Shown: positions 7,969-17,144 of the stretch, one piece after another
How the letters are laid out: every line of letters starts with the position of its first letter
Numbering within the stretch: position 1 is the first letter of the stretch
Origin: Minisyncoccota bacterium
Lineage (GTDB): Bacteria > Patescibacteriota > Minisyncoccia > Phycocordibacterales > UBA6065
Direction: 5' to 3'
Length of the DNA: 64,000 bases
Assembly: GCA_035714745.1 (NCBI GenBank)
Contig: DASTLR010000014.1
Coordinates: 30,861 to 94,860 of the forward strand
Translations under genes and position numbers: made by a program
Notes under the pieces: model-generated
Databases searched by the model: none
Told to the model about the DNA's origin: nothing
What the model saw: the letters and a program-made list of their open reading frames with translations, nothing else

Positions 7969-8370
7969 ATGAAAAATCTCAGCGAGAATACCCTAGCCAG
8001 GATCCGCAGCGTCTGCCTGAAGCCTCATCCGGGCGTTCCCCAGGACCATCTGGAGGCGATGTTCAGCGCGGTGAGCGAAGGTTTCCAGCATGCTCTGCGG
8101 AACGGCGCGGGACTGCAGCCGATCAAGCTTAATCCGCTCCTGGCGGGAGAGATGGACCCGCTCGAAGCCTTGTTGGGAAGAGAGCGCGCCTGCGAGATGC
8201 TTTCCCGTCTGGGTCCGGAAGACAGAAGGCTCCTGGGCCTTGCACCGCTCTTTACCGACGAGAAGCATGACCAATGCCGCCGGGAGATGTGGATGACCTT
8301 CAGCCTCTTTGGCAGGGCGGAGATCACGAGATCGATGGCGGAGCGGAAGCCTGAGCTGGCCACCGCCTGA
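7969..8370 (+). CDS. hypothetical protein
   Basis: ATG at 7969 within ORF 7618..8370. Upstream part of that ORF overlaps the previous gene and terminator. Terminator at 8395..8418. Confidence 0.45.
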   Translation: MKNLSENTLARIRSVCLKPHPGVPQDHLEAMFSAVSEGFQHALRNGAGLQPIKLNPLLAGEMDPLEALLGRERACEMLSRLGPEDRRLLGLAPLFTDEKHDQCRREMWMTFSLFGRAEITRSMAERKPELATA

Positions 8371-8394
8371 TCCGCGATGCGCGGCAGCGCTACA

Positions 8395-8418
8395 GCCGAC
8401 CCCATGGGCCGGCTTTTT
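8395..8418 (+). terminator. intrinsic terminator
   Basis: GCCGACCC-CATG-GGGCCGGC hairpin with one mismatch, followed by T5. Confidence 0.5.
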
Positions 8419-8441
8419 ATTGTGACGGAGTCTCGCGCCGT

Positions 8442-10409
8442 TTATGCCAGGGCGTAGTCGAGGGTGCGCTTCTCCATGTCGGCGCCCATGACCTTGAAGC
8501 GGACGGTGTCGCCGAGGGCGTACTTCTTGCCGGTGCGCTCGCCGACGACGGCGTAGGACTTCTCGAAGAAGTCGTAATGGTCGTCGCTCATGTCCTTCAG
8601 CTTGACCATGCCCTCGCACTTGGTCTCCTTGTCCTCGACGTAGATGCCCCATTCGGTCACGCCGGTGATGGTGCCGTCAAAGACCTGGCCGACGCGGGTG
8701 GACATGTATTCCACCTGCTTGTATTTGATGGAGGCGCGCTCGGCCTCGGCGGCGCGGATCTCCTTTTCCGAATTGTCGACGGCGATCTTCTCGTATCTGG
8801 ACGTCTCGCCGCGGGCGATCTTGCCCCCGGTCAGGTTCCTGTAGAGCAGGCGATGGACGATAAGGTCGGCGTAGCGGCGGATCGGCGAGGTGAAGTGAGT
8901 GTAGTATTCGAATGCCAGGCCATAGTGGCCGATGTTCTGGGTGGAATAGACGGCCTTGGCCATAGAGCGGATGGCGGCGGTCTTGATGAGCGACTCCTCG
9001 GTGGTGCCCTCGATCTGCTTGAAGAGGTGCTTGAGGTCCTTTACGGCCACGCCCTTCTTGCCGATCGGCAGGTGGTAGCCCAGGGCCTTGACCAGGATGG
9101 CCAGGTTGTCGACCTTCTCCATGAGGGGCGAGTCGTGGATGCGGTAGAGGAAGGCGCCGTCGGATTTCTCGTTGGCCTTCCACATGTGGAGGGCGACCTC
9201 GCGGTTCGAGAGGAGCATGAACTCCTCGACCAGCTTGTGGGCGTCCTTGCGGGTCTTCTTGTAGACGCGGATAGGGCGGCCCTCGGCGTCGAGCTCGAAT
9301 TTGACCTCGTCGGTCTCGAAGTCGATGGCTCCGGCGGCCTCCTTTTTCTCCTTGAGCTTTTTGGCGATCTCGTTCAGCTTGAGGAGCTCCTTGGCGTATT
9401 CAGTCGACTTGCCCTCGAGGACGTCCTGGGCGCCCTCGTAAGTGAAGCGCTTCCAGGAATTGATGATGGTCTTGCCGAACCAGCGCTCGAGCACCTCGCC
9501 CTTGTCGTTCATGACGAAGACCGACGAGAAGGTGAGCTTCTCCTCGCGCGGGTTCAGGGAGCAGAGGTCGTTCGAGAGGATCTCGGGGAGCATAGGGATG
9601 GTGCGGTCGACCAGGTAAATCGACATGCCGCGCTCGCGGGCCTCGCGGTCCAGGGCCGTGCCCTCGCGGACGTAGTGGGAGACGTCGGCGATATGGACGC
9701 CGACCTCATACAGGCCGTTCGGCAGGAACTTCATGGAGATGGCGTCGTCGAAGTCCTTGGCGTCGACCGGATCGATGGTGAAGGTCGGGGTGCTCGAAAA
9801 GTCGCGGCGCTCCGCACTTCTTTTGGCGCGCTCCTCGCCGCTGATAGCCTTTTCTTTTTTGCCGATCTCTTCGGCCTCGCGCACGACCTCGTGAGGGAAG
9901 TCGTAGGCCAGCCCGCGCTCCAGGACGATGGCCCGCATCTCGGCGTTGTGCTCGCCATGGCGGCCGATGACCTCCAGGACGCGGCCGACAGGGTAGCCGA
10001 CCTTTTCGTCCCATTCCGTGATCTCGACGTAGACCTTGTCGCCAGCCTTGCCGCCCAGGGCGTCAGCGGCCTTGACCAGGACGTCCTTGTAGAGGCGCTT
10101 GTCGTCGGGCACCAGGGCGAAGTTCTTGCCGGCGGATTCAAGGACGCCGGTGTAGCGCATCTTGGCGCGCTTCTCGATCCGGACCACCTCGCCGAGGGTG
10201 CGGCCGAAGCGGCTCTTGCCGCCGAGGACGCGCACTTCGACCGTGTCCTTGTGCAGGGCGGTGCGGAGGCTCTCCTGGGGTATCTCCAGGTCTTCTGCTT
10301 CCTTGTTCTGAGGGTCCTCGATGAAGCCGATGCCCTTTGCGTTGACGTTGATGATGCCGGTAAAGACGCGCTCTTTTCCTTTTGCCGAAGGCTTGCCAGA
10401 TGGTTTCAT
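8442..10409 (-). CDS. rnr: ribonuclease R (RNase II family, RNB + S1 domains)
   Basis: HYGLAFEYYTHFTSPIRRYADLIVHRLL RNB catalytic motif; C-terminal S1 (VGQVFDGTITGVTEWGIYV). Probable start MKPSGKP at 10409; ORF extends to 10451. Confidence 0.85.
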   Translation of the reverse strand: MKPSGKPSAKGKERVFTGIINVNAKGIGFIEDPQNKEAEDLEIPQESLRTALHKDTVEVRVLGGKSRFGRTLGEVVRIEKRAKMRYTGVLESAGKNFALVPDDKRLYKDVLVKAADALGGKAGDKVYVEITEWDEKVGYPVGRVLEVIGRHGEHNAEMRAIVLERGLAYDFPHEVVREAEEIGKKEKAISGEERAKRSAERRDFSSTPTFTIDPVDAKDFDDAISMKFLPNGLYEVGVHIADVSHYVREGTALDREARERGMSIYLVDRTIPMLPEILSNDLCSLNPREEKLTFSSVFVMNDKGEVLERWFGKTIINSWKRFTYEGAQDVLEGKSTEYAKELLKLNEIAKKLKEKKEAAGAIDFETDEVKFELDAEGRPIRVYKKTRKDAHKLVEEFMLLSNREVALHMWKANEKSDGAFLYRIHDSPLMEKVDNLAILVKALGYHLPIGKKGVAVKDLKHLFKQIEGTTEESLIKTAAIRSMAKAVYSTQNIGHYGLAFEYYTHFTSPIRRYADLIVHRLLYRNLTGGKIARGETSRYEKIAVDNSEKEIRAAEAERASIKYKQVEYMSTRVGQVFDGTITGVTEWGIYVEDKETKCEGMVKLKDMSDDHYDFFEKSYAVVGERTGKKYALGDTVRFKVMGADMEKRTLDYALA

Positions 10410-10444
10410 AATGATGTGCCTTACTATAGCAGAAAGCGCAGAAA

Positions 10445-10473
10445 TTGACATTTTCCGGCCTTTTGGCTAGTAT
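10445..10473 (+). promoter_or_regulatory. rpsP promoter TTGACA-17-TAGTAT
   Basis: Consensus -35 element. ATG at 10482 lies 8 nt after the -10, so leaderless. Confidence 0.6.
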
Positions 10474-10481
10474 AACGACCT

Positions 10482-10850
10482 ATGTTAAAGATTCGACTTC
10501 AGCGCGTCGGCCGAGTGAATGTTCCGACGTTCCGCGTAGTACTGACCGATTCAAAGAACTCGACCAAATCGGGCCGCTTTCTGGAGGTCCTCGGCACCTA
10601 TGACGCCGTCCATAACGTCAAGGAGATCAAGGCCGACCGCGTAAAGCACTGGATGTCCCACGGAGCGAAGCTCTCGGACACCGTCCACAACTGGCTCATC
10701 GACAAGAAGGTCATCCCTGGCAAGAAGGTCAACGCCCTGCCAAAGAAGAAGCCTATCGTCGATGCCAAGGCGGCCGAGGCAGCAAAAGCGGCAGCAGCGG
10801 CCCCAACCGAGGCTCCAGCAGCCCCTGCGGCAGAGGCTCCAAAGGCCTAA
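10482..10850 (+). CDS. rpsP: 30S ribosomal protein S16 with Ala/Lys-rich C-terminal tail
   Basis: MLKIRLQRVGRVNVPTFRVVLTDS matches S16. Confidence 0.9.
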   Translation: MLKIRLQRVGRVNVPTFRVVLTDSKNSTKSGRFLEVLGTYDAVHNVKEIKADRVKHWMSHGAKLSDTVHNWLIDKKVIPGKKVNALPKKKPIVDAKAAEAAKAAAAAPTEAPAAPAAEAPKA

Positions 10851-10975
10851 TCGCGGCCCAGAGCGCCGAAAAAAGCCGGAAAACTTGCCCACAGGGGCGG
10901 TTTTCTTTTCTTGACAGGGTGGTACTATATACGGTGAGAGCTTTTTGCTCGTTTATTTTCAGTAACACAATACAC

Positions 10976-11290
10976 ATGATAGAAGCTGACGCGAAATTCC
11001 TCGACTTCCTGGTAAAATCGCTGGTCGAGAATCCGAACGACGTAAAGATCAATCGAACGGTGGACGAGATGGGCGTTCTCCTCACCCTCGATGTCAATCC
11101 AGCCGACATGGGCAAGATCATCGGCCGCGAGGGCAATACCGCCAAGGCCATCCGAACCCTCCTTCGCATCGTCGGCATGAAGAATAACTCGCGAGTCAAT
11201 CTCAAGATCTCCGAGCCGGCCGGCGCTCCAGCCGTCGCCGCCAAGGCCTCGAAGACCGTAGACGAGGCGATGGCGGACCTGAATCTCTAG
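10976..11290 (+). CDS. KH-domain RNA-binding protein (UPF0109 / YlqC-like)
   Basis: IGREGNTAKAIRTLLRIVG KH motif; typical position between rpsP and trmD. Confidence 0.75.
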   Translation: MIEADAKFLDFLVKSLVENPNDVKINRTVDEMGVLLTLDVNPADMGKIIGREGNTAKAIRTLLRIVGMKNNSRVNLKISEPAGAPAVAAKASKTVDEAMADLNL

Positions 11291-11303
11291 GGGACGAAGA
11301 AAA

Positions 11304-11343
11304 GGAGGTCTTAAGACTAAGAACATAAAGTCATAAGACTAGG
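11304..11343 (+). repeat. conserved 3'-UTR motif, copy 1 (GGAGGTCYWAAGACTAAGAAYATAAAGYCWTAAGACTARG)
   Basis: Lies between the KH-gene stop and its terminator. About 37/40 identical to the 27070..27109 copy after rpoD. Confidence 0.6.
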
Positions 11344-11347
11344 AAGA

Positions 11348-11374
11348 GCCGCCTGAAGGGGCGGTTTTGTTTTT
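11348..11374 (+). terminator. intrinsic terminator
   Basis: CCGCC-TGAAG-GGCGG hairpin followed by TTTTGTTTTT. Confidence 0.65.
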
Positions 11375-11388
11375 GATATACTTTCTTT

Positions 11389-11676
11389 ATGAAACTTATC
11401 ACTCTTAATACCTGGGGCGGCAGAATAAAGCAAGGTTTCTCTGATTTCTTCAAGCGCTATCCGGGAATAGACGCCTGGCTCTTCCAAGAAGTCTATAATT
11501 TGAAAAAAGAGGAGGAATGGGTAAAGGTCGGCGGCAATCTTATGCCCGATTTTCAATTGAATGATACGATCGCTTACGTCTTCGTCTCGCCTGGCATCAA
11601 AGTGAAGGAATTCAAGGTCTTGCCGGACGTGGTGTCCGACCACGCTCCACTTTTTCTGGACTTTGAGGTAGTGTAG
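11389..11676 (+). CDS. mini endonuclease/exonuclease/phosphatase-family remnant (95 aa) in the rimM position
   Basis: N-terminal LITLNTWGG and C-terminal SDHAPLFLDF are EEP-family terminal motifs, but the ~150-aa core is missing. TATACT-N6-ATG leaderless signal at 11377..11382. Confidence 0.45.
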   Translation: MKLITLNTWGGRIKQGFSDFFKRYPGIDAWLFQEVYNLKKEEEWVKVGGNLMPDFQLNDTIAYVFVSPGIKVKEFKVLPDVVSDHAPLFLDFEVV

Positions 11677-11680
11677 GCCT

Positions 11681-12340
11681 ATGACCTTCCACGTCGTCAC
11701 GCTATTCCCGGGCGCCTTTGATTCATATCTGGGGGAGTCGATATTGAAGCGCGCCATCGAGGACAAGAAGATCCGGGTGAAGTTCTACAACCCGCGCGAT
11801 TTCGCTACGGACAAATGGGCCCGCGTCGACCAGAAGCCGTACGGCGGCGGACCGGGCATGGTCATTCAGGCCCTGCCGGTAGCTAAAGCCATCGAGAAAG
11901 CATTGAAAGGCCTGAAAGCTGGAAGCCGAAAGCCGAAAGCCTTGGTAAAGATCGTCTTCTTTAGCCCGGCAGGCACGCAGTTCGATACCGCCTATGCCAA
12001 AGCCGCCGCCAAAAAGTACGACCATATCATCTTTGTCTGCGGCCGCTACGAGGGCATCGACGCCCGCGTAAAGAAGATGTTCAGGATGGAAGACGTCTCC
12101 GTGGGCCCGTACGTCCTGACGGGCGGCGAGCTGCCGGCTATGGTCATGATGGATTCGATCTCGCGCCAGGTAGAGGGCGTGCTCGGCAATTTCGATTCCC
12201 GCGAAGAGGAGCGCATCGCCAGCCCTGATTCCTATACTCGTCCCGAAGTCGTCGAGTACAAGAAGAAGAAATACCGCGTGCCAAAGGTCCTTCTCTCGGG
12301 CAATCATAGATTGATAGACGAATGGCGATCAAACAGATAG
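11681..12340 (+). CDS. trmD: tRNA (guanine37-N1)-methyltransferase
   Basis: MTFHVVTLFPGAF...YGGGPGMV...GRYEGIDARV matches TrmD (SPOUT knot). Confidence 0.9.
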   Translation: MTFHVVTLFPGAFDSYLGESILKRAIEDKKIRVKFYNPRDFATDKWARVDQKPYGGGPGMVIQALPVAKAIEKALKGLKAGSRKPKALVKIVFFSPAGTQFDTAYAKAAAKKYDHIIFVCGRYEGIDARVKKMFRMEDVSVGPYVLTGGELPAMVMMDSISRQVEGVLGNFDSREEERIASPDSYTRPEVVEYKKKKYRVPKVLLSGNHRLIDEWRSNR

Positions 12341-13329
12341 CGGCGGGGGCGTGCGTCGTTCTGGGGGCCCTGGCGGTCCTGGGCGTGGCCCTTCGCCTCG
12401 AGCCTGGCTTGGGAATCGTCGACCATCCCGCGACCATCGTGGCGATGGGGGATATCATGCTCGACCGCACCGTGAGGACGGTCATAGACAGGCAGGGCTT
12501 CGGCTACGTCTTTGACGGCATACGCGAGATCTTTTCCGGGGCCCAGGCCGTCGTCGGCAATCTGGAGGGCGGCTTTACAGATACGCCGTCGATATCGGTC
12601 GTCGACCACACGATTCTCCATTTCACCTTTGACCCGCGCCTGGCTCCCGAGCTCCGGGCGCTGGGATTCGATACTGTCTCGCTCGCCAATAACCATGCGT
12701 ACGACTTTGGGGCCAGCGGCTTTGCTTCCACGCGGCGCTATCTGGGCCAGGCGGGCATCGCTTCGTTCGGCTCGCCTTCGAACGACGAGAACCTCTCTAT
12801 CATCCGCGACGTCGAAGGCCTGAACGTGGCCTTTGTCGGCTATCACGAATTCTACAGCCCCAGCGTGAAGCCCATCGTCGAGCGTATCGCCTCGCTGCGA
12901 GGGTTAGCAGATTTTATCATCGTCTATCCGCACTGGGGCGTGGAATACGAGAAAGGCTTCACGCCTGGGCAGCAGGAGAGAGCCCATGCCTTTATCGACG
13001 CCGGAGCCGACGCGGTCATCGGCGCCCACCCCCACGTCATCGAGCCGATCGAGATCTATCGGGGTAAGCCCATCTTCTACTCGCTCGGCAATTTCATATT
13101 TGATCAGGATTTCTCCCTCGCCACGCGCCAGGGCCTGACGCTCCGCCTGGTCGTCGGGGCCAGGGACGTCGAGTATCGCCTGGTGCCGGTGACTATGCTC
13201 CATTCGAAGCTGTCGATGCCGCCTATGCCAGAAAGGGAGGCGGTCCTGGAAATGTTAGCGAATAATTCTCTACTCTCCGGTTCGCTTAAAGATTCGATAA
13301 GGCAAGGGAAGTTCAGTCTGCCGAGATAA
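12322..13329 (+). CDS. CapA/PgsA-family metallophosphatase (poly-gamma-glutamate synthesis-like)
   Basis: HPHWGVEYE...GADAVIGAHPHVIEPIEIY...LGNFIFDQ matches CapA. N-terminal signal/TM. Overlaps the trmD end. Confidence 0.75.
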   Translation: MAIKQIAAGACVVLGALAVLGVALRLEPGLGIVDHPATIVAMGDIMLDRTVRTVIDRQGFGYVFDGIREIFSGAQAVVGNLEGGFTDTPSISVVDHTILHFTFDPRLAPELRALGFDTVSLANNHAYDFGASGFASTRRYLGQAGIASFGSPSNDENLSIIRDVEGLNVAFVGYHEFYSPSVKPIVERIASLRGLADFIIVYPHWGVEYEKGFTPGQQERAHAFIDAGADAVIGAHPHVIEPIEIYRGKPIFYSLGNFIFDQDFSLATRQGLTLRLVVGARDVEYRLVPVTMLHSKLSMPPMPEREAVLEMLANNSLLSGSLKDSIRQGKFSLPR

Positions 13330-13360
13330 AAAAGCCCGATCATGGATCGGGCTCGAGTTT
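13328..13360. terminator. bidirectional terminator between capA and minus-strand kinase gene
   Basis: AGCCCGATC-ATG-GATCGGGCT perfect 9-bp hairpin with an A-run upstream (T-run on the minus strand). Confidence 0.65.
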
Positions 13361-14300
13361 ACCCGCATGTGTCTGGCATGGTCAGGTAATAAGAGACATA
13401 CTTCCGCGCCGAGGCCAAGCTGGAGTCCTTGCGGCTGCCGTATCTGAGCGGATCCCAGCTGAAATAGCGCTCTTCGAACCAATCGATTGCGAACCTGGCC
13501 GCCAGCTCAAGCGTGATCAGCTTTGTCGCAGACAGGATATCGTCTTCGGTAAAACTCGCTCCCGCCGCCGCGCAGTAGCCTTGGCAGATGCGATGGAACC
13601 TGCGCATATTGAAGCCAGAGCCATCATTGCAGAAGCTGCGGACCATATCGGCTAGGTCGACAAGGGGATTGCCGACCATGAGCGTGTCCCAATCGATGAG
13701 CCAAACCAGGCAGGAATCGCTGTCTGAAATGCCGAAGAGGAAATTCTTCCATTTCGGGTCTCCGTGTATGAGCTGGCCTTCAGCCTGGCAGAGGCGCGCG
13801 GACGCTCGTCCTCGGAGTATATTCTCCGCGAGCCGATTGATATCGACGGCATAGGATGATGCCGCCAGCTGTTCGAGCTTTCCGAATATCGCGGCAGAGT
13901 CGTGAAAGCCGGGTATGGTCGCCGAAGGCTTCAAGGGACAAAGCCTGAGAGAGCTATGGGTCCTGCCGAGGTGCTTTGCGGCGACGATCGAATTGAAGTC
14001 GTTCGCAACGTCCATTTCTATATGGTCTATAAACTCCATGACCCTCCATCCATGACCCTGGCTCTCCCAACAGTCGAATAGCCGGGGTATCTTGACGCCG
14101 CTTTTCCTTAGATGGTCTTCCAGCCGCAGGTAATCCCCATCGGTTATCCCGCCAAGACCGGGAGCCACCTTTTGTAGGAGATACCGTCCCTTTTCCGTCT
14201 CGATCTCATATGTCTGATTTACTATCCCTCCTGAAAGCGGGGCGACCTTACTCGCGCGCCCCACAGCCCTTTCGCAGAGCATGTCGATTATTTCTTTCAT
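13359..14300 (-). CDS. phosphotransferase-family kinase (APH / choline-kinase-like fold)
   Basis: LIHGDPKWKNFLF and LIDWDTLMVGNPLVDLA are Brenner/APH catalytic motifs. Confidence 0.7.
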   Translation of the reverse strand: MKEIIDMLCERAVGRASKVAPLSGGIVNQTYEIETEKGRYLLQKVAPGLGGITDGDYLRLEDHLRKSGVKIPRLFDCWESQGHGWRVMEFIDHIEMDVANDFNSIVAAKHLGRTHSSLRLCPLKPSATIPGFHDSAAIFGKLEQLAASSYAVDINRLAENILRGRASARLCQAEGQLIHGDPKWKNFLFGISDSDSCLVWLIDWDTLMVGNPLVDLADMVRSFCNDGSGFNMRRFHRICQGYCAAAGASFTEDDILSATKLITLELAARFAIDWFEERYFSWDPLRYGSRKDSSLASARKYVSYYLTMPDTCG

Positions 14301-14407
14301 AGTGCTTCTGGTCCCTAGAATCGATCATGAGGCGGTTTAGTTTCAGCTGTCACCTTTCTTTGCGTTGCCGCATTGTAATAGCTCGACAAGCTTATATAAT
14401 GGCCTCA

Positions 14408-14983
14408 ATGAATCCCCACGCTCACAAGGCCGAATTCAGAGAGAAGCGGGACGAAGACGTCCTGGCGGCTTCTTTCAAGTATCCCTATCTCTTCGAGCTC
14501 TTGGTAGAGCGCTACGAGGATGCCTTTCTGCGCAAGGCCCGCTCGATAGTCAGGAACGACGAAGCTGCGCGCGATATCGTCCAGGATACGTTCGTAAAGA
14601 TCTATCTCTATGGCCGAAGCTTCCGCCCGGTCGAAGGCGCCCGCTTTTCGTCGTGGGCCTATCGCGTGCTCATGAACGTCTGCTTCCAGTGGTACAAGAA
14701 GCTCAAGCGGGAGCGCGAGTTCTTTTCGGCCCTGGACGATGACCTCGAGGCCGTGCTGCCCACGGACGACGGCGGCGAAAGGGACCAGCGCCTGGACCGC
14801 GACTATCTGGAATCGATGTTCTCGCGCCTGCCCGAAACCTTTGCCCGCATCCTGCGGTTGTATGTCAGCGAAGGCAAGGATTACAAGGAGATAGCGCGGA
14901 TCGAGGGAGTGACCGAGGGCGCCATAAAGACCAGGATGCACCGGGCCCGCGCCGAGCTCAAAGAGATGTCGAAAGATTATTAG
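14408..14983 (+). CDS. ECF-type RNA polymerase sigma-70 family factor
   Basis: Region 2 (ARDIVQDTFVKIY...FSSWAYRV) and region 4 HTH (YKEIARIEGVTEGAIKTRMHRAR). Start ambiguous: ATG at 14399 overlaps a TATAAT; ATG at 14408 would be leaderless. Confidence 0.75.
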   Translation: MNPHAHKAEFREKRDEDVLAASFKYPYLFELLVERYEDAFLRKARSIVRNDEAARDIVQDTFVKIYLYGRSFRPVEGARFSSWAYRVLMNVCFQWYKKLKREREFFSALDDDLEAVLPTDDGGERDQRLDRDYLESMFSRLPETFARILRLYVSEGKDYKEIARIEGVTEGAIKTRMHRARAELKEMSKDY

Positions 14984-15004
14984 CCTGATAGCTTCTATAC
15001 GTAT

Positions 15005-15316
15005 ATGACACTGATCATGGATAGGGTGATGGCGAAAGTGAGGACGATCTTCCTGCTCCGAAGGCTGGCGGTTCCTGCAATCTTCCTCGTCGTGGCCTGC
15101 GCCGTGGTGGGCAGCACCGTATCGGTCTCCAACGTCATCGCCAATATGCCGAGCCTCGTCGATATCCCGGCCATAGCGGGCTTCTACGCTCGGGCTTTCG
15201 CGCACGCGGATGTCGTGGTCAAAAGTGCGCTGGTTGCGGGAACGCTTTTCTTGCTCTTGACCCTCAAGGGCGTCGTCGACAGCGTCAGGCTCTCGACGGC
15301 TCTGCAGAAGGCCTAG
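15005..15316 (+). CDS. hypothetical membrane protein, putative anti-sigma partner
   Basis: Immediately downstream of the ECF sigma factor; two predicted TM helices. Confidence 0.4.
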   Translation: MTLIMDRVMAKVRTIFLLRRLAVPAIFLVVACAVVGSTVSVSNVIANMPSLVDIPAIAGFYARAFAHADVVVKSALVAGTLFLLLTLKGVVDSVRLSTALQKA

Positions 15317-15335
15317 GCGTTCAGGCGCTTAGGCC
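15310..15335. other. 10-bp hairpin spanning the stop codons of convergent genes
   Basis: GGCCTAGGCG-ttcagg-GCGCTTAGGCC with one G-U pair; no T-runs. Confidence 0.4.
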
Positions 15336-15667
15336 GCGCCCATTTCCAGGCCCGATATACGATCCTCGTGGTCATCGACCCGCGAGATCGTCGGTCCGAG
15401 GATATCCTCTATGCCCGAAAGCCTGTCTTCGACCCTGTCTAGGCGATTCTCGACGCTCGTCAGGCGCCCCTTGACGTCGCCCATATCAGATTTCAGCTCG
15501 TACAGCGAAAGCTCTGTCGCCTGTTTGAATTCGAGGAACTCTTTTCGCTCAAAGATCGTGTCGATCCGTTCGATGACGTCGTCAAAGCCGCGCTTGACCA
15601 TAGCGGCAAAGCTGCCAAGCTCGGCTGAGAGGTATTCTTTTGTGACGAATTCTTGCATGTCTTGCAT
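15329..15667 (-). CDS. hypothetical coiled-coil protein
   Basis: 112-aa ORF with heptad-like repeats (RLDRVEDRLSGIEDIL). TATAAT on the minus strand 11 nt upstream of the ATG. Confidence 0.4.
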   Translation of the reverse strand: MQDMQEFVTKEYLSAELGSFAAMVKRGFDDVIERIDTIFERKEFLEFKQATELSLYELKSDMGDVKGRLTSVENRLDRVEDRLSGIEDILGPTISRVDDHEDRISGLEMGAA

Positions 15668-15690
15668 GGTCGATAGGAATTATACTCCCG

Positions 15691-15717
15691 ATAAAAAGAA
15701 AGGGAGCTTGCGCAAGC
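15691..15717 (-). terminator. alkA terminator
   Basis: GCTTGCGCAAGC palindrome followed on the minus strand by TCCCTTTCTTTTTAT. Confidence 0.5.
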
Positions 15718-15763
15718 ATATAAAACGGGCGATAAAATTTTCATAAAGAAAATTCAACAACTT

Positions 15764-16396
15764 TTATCGCTTTCTGGGAATCCTGTTCTTCTTCGCGTCG
15801 GCGACCTTCCATAATATCTTGGCGGCGTAGGTCCGGTAGGGCGACCAGGCGGCGAGCACCGTATCGATCTTTTTCTGGCTCGGCAGCTTCTTCCAGCCAT
15901 AGAGGCTCATGATCTCTTTTTTCAGGACTAGATCGCCCATGGAGAACACGTCTGTGCGGCCCAAGGAGAACATCAGGATCATCTCGGCAGTCCAGGGGCC
16001 GATGCCCTTGACCCTGGTCAGCTCGATGATGACGTCGACGTCGGGCAGGGAGGGGAGCCGGGCCAGGTCGAGCTCGCCCGAGAGGACTTTGCTCGCGAGG
16101 TCGCGAATGGCGCGCGTCTTGGCTCCCGAAAGTCCGCATGAGCGCAGATCAGCGTCGGCAAGCTTCGAAATATGCTCTGGCACGACCTTGCTGTCGGGAA
16201 AAAGCGCCGCAAAGCGCTCGAATATCGTGTCCGCAGCCTTGCCCGAGAGCTGTTGGCCGATGATGGTCCAGACTATGTCGCGGAACATGTCTCCTGCGGC
16301 TACGATATCGGGAATGACGATGCCCTCCGCCAGGGTATGCAGCTTCGGGTCGTTCTTTTTGAAGTGGGCGAGGGCTTTCTGGTACACAGTGTACAT
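15764..16396 (-). CDS. alkA: DNA-3-methyladenine glycosylase II (HhH-GPD superfamily)
   Basis: ELTRVKGIGPWTAEMILMFSLGRTDVFSMGDL: HhH-GPD motif with catalytic Asp. Confidence 0.75.
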   Translation of the reverse strand: MYTVYQKALAHFKKNDPKLHTLAEGIVIPDIVAAGDMFRDIVWTIIGQQLSGKAADTIFERFAALFPDSKVVPEHISKLADADLRSCGLSGAKTRAIRDLASKVLSGELDLARLPSLPDVDVIIELTRVKGIGPWTAEMILMFSLGRTDVFSMGDLVLKKEIMSLYGWKKLPSQKKIDTVLAAWSPYRTYAAKILWKVADAKKNRIPRKR

Positions 16397-16507
16397 AATA
16401 GGCGTTTATTTGAATTTGAGAAGAATGAGCAGAAAAGATTCGAAAATATTGACAAATAAATTTGATATGTTTTACTGCACTCGGATACGTAAAAAATTGG
16501 AGGTAAC

Positions 16508-16828
16508 ATGAAGGTCATCGAAAGGGGCTTTAAACCCGTTAAATCTATTCGCCAGACCTGGTCTCGGCGCGTCACCTGCACCGGTTCTGGAAGCCAGCTG
16601 AAAGGATGCGGCGCGAAGCTGCAGGTCACTTATTCTGATCTCTACAAGACGCAGAACTGCGCCTGCGGCGAAGTGGAAGAGTTCACCACGTTCTGCTGCC
16701 CGATCTGTGGCACGGAAACTGACATCAAAGGTGTGCATCCTGGTTCTCGCGAGCTTGGAGGTAAACGGCCTTCTGAAGGAGAACGTCGCGCGCTCGCCCA
16801 GAAATGGAATAAGTCGCTGCTTCAGTAG
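16508..16828 (+). CDS. small cysteine-rich zinc-ribbon protein
   Basis: CTGSGSQLKGCGAK...CACGEVEEFTTFCCPICG cysteine pairs. GGAGG Shine-Dalgarno 4 nt upstream. Terminator at 16850..16882. Confidence 0.5.
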   Translation: MKVIERGFKPVKSIRQTWSRRVTCTGSGSQLKGCGAKLQVTYSDLYKTQNCACGEVEEFTTFCCPICGTETDIKGVHPGSRELGGKRPSEGERRALAQKWNKSLLQ

Positions 16829-16849
16829 TAAATCAGCAACTGCTTCACC

Positions 16850-16882
16850 GCCTCGATTGTAGTTAAGCGATCGAGGCTTTTT
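16850..16882 (+). terminator. intrinsic terminator
   Basis: GCCTCGAT...ATCGAGGC hairpin followed by T5. Immediately followed by TTGACT (candidate rpoB promoter -35). Confidence 0.65.
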
Positions 16883-17019
16883 CTTGACTTATCCCCATAT
16901 CCGAGTACACTTATCTCCACTTCGAGCAAGATTGTGTTATTGGGGAAACACGAAGTAAATTAAGGGGATTTTCATCCTTCTCTTGCCAAAGATCTCGTAA
17001 CAGCGGCCAAAACCCGAAA

Positions 17020-17046
17020 GCCTCTCCGTCCATGGAGGCCTTTTTG
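17020..17046 (+). promoter_or_regulatory. attenuator-like hairpin in the 316-nt rpoB leader
   Basis: GCCTC...GAGGC stem followed by CTTTTTG, inside the leader upstream of rpoB. Confidence 0.35.
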
Positions 17047-17144
17047 CGTTTTAGGCGTCTGTATGCGGTTTTTGTCAAATTAGGCGGAAAAGCCCCTCGC
17101 CGCGGCGGTCTTTTAATAACGTCGGTCTTATAAACCTACTGAAC

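Noticed and set aside
14399-14407. ATG at 14399 as the ECF sigma start.
   Set aside because: That ATG overlaps the TATAAT -10 of a TTGTAA-16-TATAAT promoter. The ATG at 14408, 7 nt downstream, fits the leaderless pattern seen elsewhere. Kept as an alternative, not excluded.
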